Source: Chrysomallon squamiferum (lineage: Eukaryota; Animalia; Mollusca). From it: 64,000 bases of DNA. Location: positions 1,922,001 through 1,986,000 of the forward strand of contig CM022673.1 in NCBI GenBank assembly GCA_012295275.1, given 5' to 3'. The translations under genes and the position numbers were made by a program. Shown here in pieces: positions 55,485 through 64,000 of the stretch; within the stretch, counting starts at the first letter, position 1; the number at the start of each line of letters is the position of its first letter. The notes under the pieces were generated by a model. It ran no database searches, was not told the DNA's origin, and saw only the letters and a list, made by a program, of their open reading frames with translations.

Positions 55485-56560
55485 CGTGTTCTGTCACTCT
55501 GGAACTCGGTTCCATGTGAAACTCCCAGACCACTGAACCTAGCACAGACGTATTTCCAACAACGACCACAACGAAAAGCAAGTACAACCACCTCGACGAA
55601 ATCCACACAAACTACAGACAGAGCAGTTGACATTTATTCAGTCTACGACACTGATCGTATACACAGGTACCGCGATCCGTACGCATCCACTCAATCTGTT
55701 AGTCTTCCGACTTCCGAACGTACAGACATGCCTTGCCTCGTTGTGTCTCCAAACACCAGTCTGCCGTGGTAAATCCGTCCATGCAACTACGGCTCTTCTC
55801 AAACACGACCGAGTACAAACACGTCCCGCTAAAGGGCGACTGCGAATAATAATCAAAAAAAAAAAATGTGTAATCGCGACACACTCAAATATCACACAGG
55901 ACAAAGTATACAGCAGAAACTGCTGGATGTTATTTTCTACATGTTTTAGCCCCTAACGCACGCCGTCGTTTATTTTCTTGTCCTGAACACTTGTAGGTAA
56001 AGTAAATTCCACAACGCAACAAGTACATGAACTATAGTCTCCTTACACCGTTTTTATTTTATTTTTTTCTCTTTTTCCTGTCTTTTTTACTTCATTCGTT
56101 CTCTTTTCTTTTTCTTTTTTTTTTTTTTTTTTTCTTTACCCTGTAAAATCCTTCTGTTTTACATATATAAGTAATATATTTAAAAAAAAAAAAAAAAAAA
56201 AAATCTAATATATATAAAAATATATATATAGGCCTATATATCCTCGATCTGTGTTCCCGCAGGCTTGTGTCTGATTCGAAAACGTAAATGTTTAAATTTT
56301 CGCAGCGCCTGCCAACATTTGAGGATTATTAAATCTCTAGACAAACATTGCATCCAGCACGGTATCGAGGGATTTCCAAGCCGCGAACTTCAAGTCGCCT
56401 TCGTTTCACCGCTACACAAACTGTCACACGCTTTTCTGCAGACGCCCGTGTGGTATCGCAGCGTTCTGTTGACCCTGCAGCTAATGGGACCTCGCTTGTA
56501 CAGTGAGTCTTACTTCTATAACGAATCAAACACACCTGTGTGAGTGTGTGTGTGTGTGAC
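55473..56560 (-). promoter_or_regulatory. CpG-rich candidate distal promoter / 5' UTR exon
   Basis: Two GC/CpG-rich unique blocks (55473-55970, 56240-56560) in an AT-rich background. Initiator-like TCAGTG (about 55650) and ACAGTT (about 56420) on the minus strand, ending in a consensus donor. Confidence 0.45.
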
Positions 56561-56630
56561 GCAGTGTACAGAGCTAAGCGTAGTTATATCGCTCAGTCAA
56601 CTGCTCTTGGTTATTAGGTGTAGACGTATT

Positions 56631-56662
<32 letters not shown>

Positions 56663-57545
56663 ATTTTAGGTTTTTGCATTAAGTGACAAATCAGTATTTG
56701 CATAATCTTTTTTTTTTTTTATTTTTTTTTTTTTAAATATTTCTGGTGAAGAGTATTTCCGATAAGGTGTTAGTTAACATTGACTTTATTTGAATGATTT
56801 CGTTATGATGATTTTCTCTTTTCTTTTTGCATTTTTAATATTTAATTTTTTTTTTTTTTTTTTAAATTTATTTATTTATTCATTTATTTTTTGATACTTC
56901 TATTATGATTATAATAATTTATTTATTACTCTTACTGTCACTAAGAAGACATAGTAGATTTTGTTGTTGTTATTTTTGTATCAAGAAGTAATGTAAAAAT
57001 CGAAAAAAAAAAAAAAAAGTTTGTCTCTCCTTACTTTTAATTTCACAACTTAAAATCAATTTAAAATTTAATTATAATTAAAAAAAAAAAAAAAATTAGA
57101 AATAAAACATACGAAAAAAAAAACCATAATCAGACTTTGATTACTTCCCATAAATATTTTGCAGCCTTGAGGTGGTTACAAATCCGATAGACGTATTTTT
57201 AAGTACCAGCCATGATTGGAGATTGTGCCATAAAAAGAGCTGGGAAATTATTTGGGAGTCCGTGCACTGATAATACTGGCGTTATTTATTCCAGTGCTGG
57301 TAATGCGAGTGTGTAAATAAATTATGGTTACGACTGAAGGTGAATCATTTGTCTTAAAGACATCAAAGAGAATAATTACATATATGCGACAATAAAATAA
57401 AAAAAATGTAGTTTACCTATTGATCTGCAAATCTGGGGATAAAAGCACCGTTAGGAACTAATGAAACTGTCAAGGAGAGATTTAGCAAATAGAAAGGAAA
57501 CAAAATAAAACAAAAAGAGAGAGAGGGAGGGGAAGGGAAGGGGAT

Positions 57546-57865
<320 letters not shown>

Positions 57866-58166
57866 AATATTAAAAAAATAAATAAATTAAAGACAGATTA
57901 TATATATATATGACTGAATGGAAAGATTACCCAGCAGATTAGTGAATGATTTACTGAAAACTGATTCAGTGAATGAGTGAATGGAATATTGGCTTCTGGA
58001 TTAAATGAATAAATAATGGAAGGAAGGATGGACGAACTGGATGATCAGTTTTTAGACAGACGGACGTATGAACTGATGGATTGACGTTAAAAGGATTTTG
58101 TGAAATAAATACGTCCCAGCAATAATTATTATAAAATAATAACAAAGCAGCAGGAACAGCAGCAGC

Positions 58167-58198
<32 letters not shown>

Positions 58199-58213
58199 AA
58201 AATGTTGATGATG

Positions 58214-58277
<64 letters not shown>

Positions 58278-59117
58278 TAGTAATAATAATAATATATTTA
58301 GAATATATATATATATATGAAAGTATTTTTAAGAAAGGAAATACCCACTCATTTAACACATCACAGCGACCACGCCTACCATTTCAGAATGACTACACTC
58401 TCGTAACACCCTACTGCTGTCGACGTACCCGTTATCTTGCCATCAACGAAATTTATCTGCGTTGTAAACCCGGGTGTCAGTTACAAATTTTTCTCTTTCA
58501 CAATCGAGATTACCTCGTGTTTAGACGTACGACATCTACCAACTACTTCTGGCGAACACAAAAGCAGGCAGTCGGGTTTCATAACAGTCCCATCCAGTCA
58601 TCACAACACGTGGAAAGGAAAACAAAAATAGTAAAATAATCATCTAGACGCTTACAGATGAAGTGGGTTTTTTTTTTTCACATGTTTGAAATATGGTTCA
58701 GGTTACAAAATCTAAACGATACGTTTAAGAAGGGATCTCTAGTTTCGAACTGTTAGCTCGTTAGAGTTAAGAAAATGATAACCCTCTCACATAAATAAAA
58801 AAAATACAACAACAACAACAACATCATAAAAAAAACCTCAAAGAAGCGGTAAAGAAAAGATAAAAGGAGGACAGATGAAGATAAATAAATGTATGTATGT
58901 ATGTGTGTATGTATGTGTGTGGGTTAGGTGGGTGCATATATGTGTGTGTGTGTATATATATATATATACTTACAAAGGGACATACATAGATGCATACATA
59001 TGTACATACAAACAAATATTATATAAACATACAGATATCTATCTATACATATATGTATATATACATACATACATACATAAATACATATATACAAACACAC
59101 ACACATACATACATACA

Positions 59118-59153
<36 letters not shown>

Positions 59154-59588
59154 CATACATCTTTCTAAATACATTTATAAAAACTTATATATATATGTTT
59201 ACACACACATACATACTTGTATATATTCAGTATAATTATGTGTATGTGTAATCTTTCTAAAATTTATTGCACAGAAAGGTTTGTGCGACACAGAGCTTCT
59301 AACATGTCATGGAATAATTGTGCAGCTGTTTGTATACAGAAATACAATACCACTTAAGTAAAAACAGTTTGAAGGACAGGTTTATGTAATGTGAACAAAA
59401 CGTGGGGAAAAAAGAGGACTTTTGATAAAATGTCACTTCGGGTGCGAACTGTGTGTTTAAAAAGTAGTAAAAATATAAAATTCAGAATTAACCGTGCGAT
59501 TAATTTCCTTTTTCCTTTTTCTTTTTTAATTTTGTTTGCTTGTTTGTTTTAGAAATGACATAAGATTTTTTTTATAAGTTCGTGAAAG

Positions 59589-59591
<3 letters not shown>

Positions 59592-59676
<85 letters not shown>

Positions 59677-59695
59677 GAGAGAGAGACAGAGAGAC

Positions 59696-59747
<52 letters not shown>

Positions 59748-59820
59748 AGAGACAGAGAGACAGAGAGAGACAGAGAGACAGAGAGACACAGAGAGACAGA
59801 GAGATAGAGAAGAGAGAGAC
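59592..59820. repeat. (GA)n/(GAGACA)n microsatellite
   Basis: Directly visible. Confidence 0.95.
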
Positions 59821-62745
59821 AGATAATTACTACACAGAGATAAACAGAAATATAAATAAATAGGCGAATAGATTGATAGACTGAAAGACAAACAGACACA
59901 CAGACAAACAGATAGATAGATGGATAGATACATAACAGATAGACATACCGTTAGACAAGAAGAGAGACAGGTGGAAAGCAACAGTGATCATTTGAAAAAT
60001 GTTAAATCTTTTATGAAAAAGAACACATTTCTATACATTTCTCGCGAAGACCTAACAGCACATACCACAGTCTTTGCTACAACAACTAGTCCAGTGAATT
60101 TACCTGTCTGAGAGGACCACGATCTTTTATTTTGTCATATTTCAGACCAGCGAGTCGCAGATCTGTCAGCTGACATTCACGGTGGATGATTTTTCCTTTT
60201 TGTTTTTCATTAATAGCCTGTTAAAACGTAATTAGTTACACCACCTCAGAGTTGTCAGATTTGTCGCTTTTAGAAATCTCTAAACGTTGCAGGTGGAAGA
60301 CTGAGATAGCACTGGGTCCCGAACTCGTCTGCAAGTAGCAGAATGCCGCGTCGAAGCGTTTAATACGAAAACAAAAACAAACAAAAAACGTAATGTATAC
60401 GCACACGCACACAACATATACACACAAAGACTAGATGTACTTAAAACATAGATTCAAACCATTTCTCACACAGATTAGTTTGTGTTCTTTAGAAGTCTAT
60501 AACAGAGAATTTTAGTTTTAATAACGTTACTTTCAGGAATAACAATTTCAACTATTTCTTCTGCTTCAACTACTACTACTACTATTACTATACCACACCG
60601 CTATTACTACTGCTATTACTTCTACCACTATAACAACTTCTACTACTACTACTACTATCACTACTACATCTATTAAATACTACTGCAATTACAACTGCAA
60701 CAACTGTAACACCGACACTGAAGACGACGTCATTAACAATAAAATAACAGATGAAACACTGTCAAGATCGTTACATGTTACACAGCACACGTTATTTCTG
60801 TAATTTGTTTTCCATTTTACGTAGTTACATTTAAACTCGAGTGAAATCTCTCTATTTCTGTTAACTAAATAATTGTCAGGAGATGCTGTATCAGCGAGTG
60901 ACTGTCACAAAGAAGACGACATTCCACAAAAGCCTGGTGAACTCCCGGTCTTCGGATGGAAGCCAGTTCTTGTATTAGAACCAATGTTATTCAAGGTCTT
61001 AAAACTTTTTATAAGAAAGAAATTCCTTTTTTTTCTCTCTTTTTTTATCGTCCATTCTCCTTCCTTCTACCCATTTCTTTCATTAGTTATATACAAAACT
61101 AAAATAGTTTTCATATTTAATTTATGGAAGTAATATTGTCAAAGACACATAGACATACACACACACACACACACACAAAATAAATAAATAAATAAATAAA
61201 TTTCAATATAGTCACGAACATATCATATTAGACAAGCGATGCAAGTATAGTTCCAATACGTATAATTATAAAATAAAATAAAAACTAAAATATATGAAAG
61301 TGGATAAGTGATGAATGACGATATTTTCTGCACAGTAAAATAATAATAATAATAATAATAATAATTTTAAAAAAAATGAAAAATAAAAATATTAGAAACA
61401 AAATAGGTGATGAAACTGTCATTGGTAGAAAACAAATGAATGAATGAATGAATGAATTATTAACTAAAATGTTAATGTATTTTATAATCAAACAAATACA
61501 AGCAATCGGACAGGATATGAATCTTCATATTTCTAACTTAGTCAAAACTACTTCAGTCTAATATAATAAATAAAACACAAGAAATTACATTAATCCGTAT
61601 TTCCCTTGTCAGTATGTCAGCTAGAGAAGATTCAGCAGATGTCGCGAATTGTTATCTTAGTCATTCTGAATCATCTAGCAATCAGATTAATAATTAATCC
61701 ATATGTAATTGAAATTTACGATATTCTCACAACCACACTACAAGTGTTGATTACAGTATCACTCACCTACCTTTCAAAACTGCGTCGCTTACACCTCAAT
61801 CAACTTTTCCTTTTCTCCAAGACTGTCCCTCAGTTAGCAGTTTAAAAAAAAAAAAAAAAAAAAAAATCTTTGTTCCCACGTTCCACGTTTAACCACCAGC
61901 CACAATTACCACGTCTTTGAACCACGCCGCCCTTCCATTAATTAAAAACAAAACAACGACGTCTCTTAGTGAGCCGAGCCTGAAATTAATGTGACACAAC
62001 ACCTATAAATATCTAGATGAGTCTGAAACTTGATCCGTCCGATTAATTAGTTTCCATGGTTACAAGGTAATAAACACGCTGGACGTGCTAAGTGCCGCTT
62101 GGGATATTTGCGGGAATAATAAGTTCAGCAAGCAAACGCCGGCGTACTTGAGTGGAATTCTGTTACAGACTGTTACGTTTCATCGCTGGACGTTACACGC
62201 TGGTTTTACAAACAATGCCGCTACGTAACTGATGCGTGAACAAGGGAGGTAATCTTACCAGAAACACGTGCGGTATGGGGGCGAAAGAACACTGTTATTT
62301 TCTTTAGGTTTTTTTTTTTTTTTTTTTTTTTTGCTGTTTTTTTTTCGTTTTTTCGTTTTGGTGTAGGTACAGGTAAGGTAATTCCTTAATCTCCATAGCA
62401 GTATACGAGATATCTGATACACAATTAACTGTGAATATGAAGTGTCAAAGGTTAATGCCTACGTTTCTGATCTGTTGGTGCTTACGTTGCGCACCGACAG
62501 ACAGAGGGACGGACATAACAAAAATACATGTCATTGACATTATGCTGTATGATATATTGTGCTGATGAATAATAAATCATATTAATACGATATCTACAAT
62601 ACGGTGACTGTATTTGCCACTAAAAACACACATATTCTGATCGTACAGAAAATTAGAGTAAGACGAGATAAATGCAAGATGGAGACAGAGAGAAAGATAA
62701 AGAGAGGCTGATAAACACAGAAAGACAGAAAATAGAAAACGAGCG

Positions 62746-62876
<131 letters not shown>

Positions 62877-63649
62877 TAATGAGATAGAGAGAAAAACAGA
62901 TATAAACAGATAGGGAAAGAGGGTTAAGAATAATCTATTAAGGATTTATGATCTCGTGAATTAAATACAGTTGCTGGACAAATGTAGATATAATGACAAA
63001 CAAACGCTCACATGTGTTAGCATACGCATAAAAAAACAGACACACAAACCAAAAAATACATTTATCATTAAATCACAAAAGCATATAAACACCTATTATT
63101 TTTTCGTTTCCAAATACAACGACATTTGCTAATAAATTAGAAAAAAACCCTTTTATTCCTTTATTTTTTCTTTTATTTATTTATTAATTAGTATTATTAT
63201 TGTATTATTTATTATTCTTTCATTGATTCATTTTATTATTTATTTATTTATTTTATTTCATTTCATTTCATTTTATTTTATTTTTTTGTTTTTCAGATCT
63301 ACGAATTCCTTATTCTAACAGAGAGCTATTAATGACGTTCTTGTGACGTAACAGGTTTTATTGGAGATACTAAAGCTGCCCTTAGAAGAATTTCGAGTAC
63401 AGTGTTGAGGTAAACAGAGTCAAGGAGGGAGAGAGCTGATTTGTTTGCACACTACTTGGTATCCACGCCAGTCCCTGAGAGCACCTTATTGCGCATTCAC
63501 AACTCTCGCCCACGCCTACTTACGTACTATCGTGGGTTGCTAACAAGCATGTGTTGAGAAACAAATTACGTCAGGTCGTATACGTAAATTGATTTACGAT
63601 CTAGTTTATTTATTTATTTGTTGTTATGATTATTATTGTTATTATTATT

Positions 63650-63990
63650 AGTAGTAGTAGTAGTAGTTTTAGTATTAGTAGTAGATTGTTGTAGTAGTAG
63701 TAGTTGTTGTAGTAGTAATAGTAGATTGTTGTAGTAGTAGTGGTGGTGATGGTGGTGGTAGTAGTGGTGGCGGTGGTGGTAGTAGCAGTAGTAGTAGTAG
63801 TAGTAGTAATAGTAGCAGCAACACTGAGTTTTGTTGTAGTAGTAGTAAACACAGTACTATTGATATTTGTAGGAACAGTTGCCGCAGAAGCAGCATAGTA
63901 GTAATTAGTAGTTTTAGTGGTAGTAGTAGTAGTAGCAGTAGTAGTAATAGTAGTAGTAGTAGCAGTCGATGTAGAAGAAGCATGGTAGTT
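63650..63990. repeat. Degenerate (TAG)/(TGG)n tract
   Basis: Directly visible. Confidence 0.92.
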
Positions 63991-64000
63991 CTAATAACTG

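Noticed and set aside
55387-55608. Signal-peptide-like ORF MWISSRWLYLLFVVVVVG
   Set aside because: It starts at GTG with an in-frame TAG two codons upstream and no ATG before the hydrophobic stretch, and it runs into poly-T after the donor.
60873-60990. Possible RT fragment (VTKKTTFHKSLV)
   Set aside because: A single weak motif, insufficient to call.
63583-63605. Helitron 3' end (hairpin plus CTAG)
   Set aside because: The hairpin is AT-rich and too close to CTAG, and no 5' end or second copy is seen.

Overview
AT-rich, extremely microsatellite-dense animal genomic DNA. It looks invertebrate; the repeat and LINE types suggest a lophotrochozoan such as a mollusc, but that is inference. The one convincing protein-coding gene is a minus-strand N-terminal RASSF of the RASSF9/10 (Meru-like) class, with a 536-codon ORF in one exon (32022-33632) and a splice acceptor directly against its ATG. 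Several CpG-rich patches upstream (about 36.2, 40.8, 41.3 and 55.5-56.5 kb) carry initiator-like motifs and good splice donors and are candidate alternative first exons. The best one (donor at 55473) would add MNEM in frame across a 21.8 kb intron. The rest is non-coding: two clearly recognisable decayed LINE fragments (an RNase H-type LINE 3' end and an RTE), weaker RT-like remnants, a tRNA-like/SINE remnant, two families of diverged direct repeats each spaced about 5 kb apart, several minisatellites (one with higher-order structure) and many microsatellites. Almost all ORFs in the supplied track are microsatellite artefacts. I found no CRISPR array, rRNA, intact tRNA or intact transposon, and no convincing new multi-gene system. 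The best leads are the RASSF short linear motifs (PP1 RVxF plus SILK, degron, PDZ ligand) and its 5' exon/uORF architecture.
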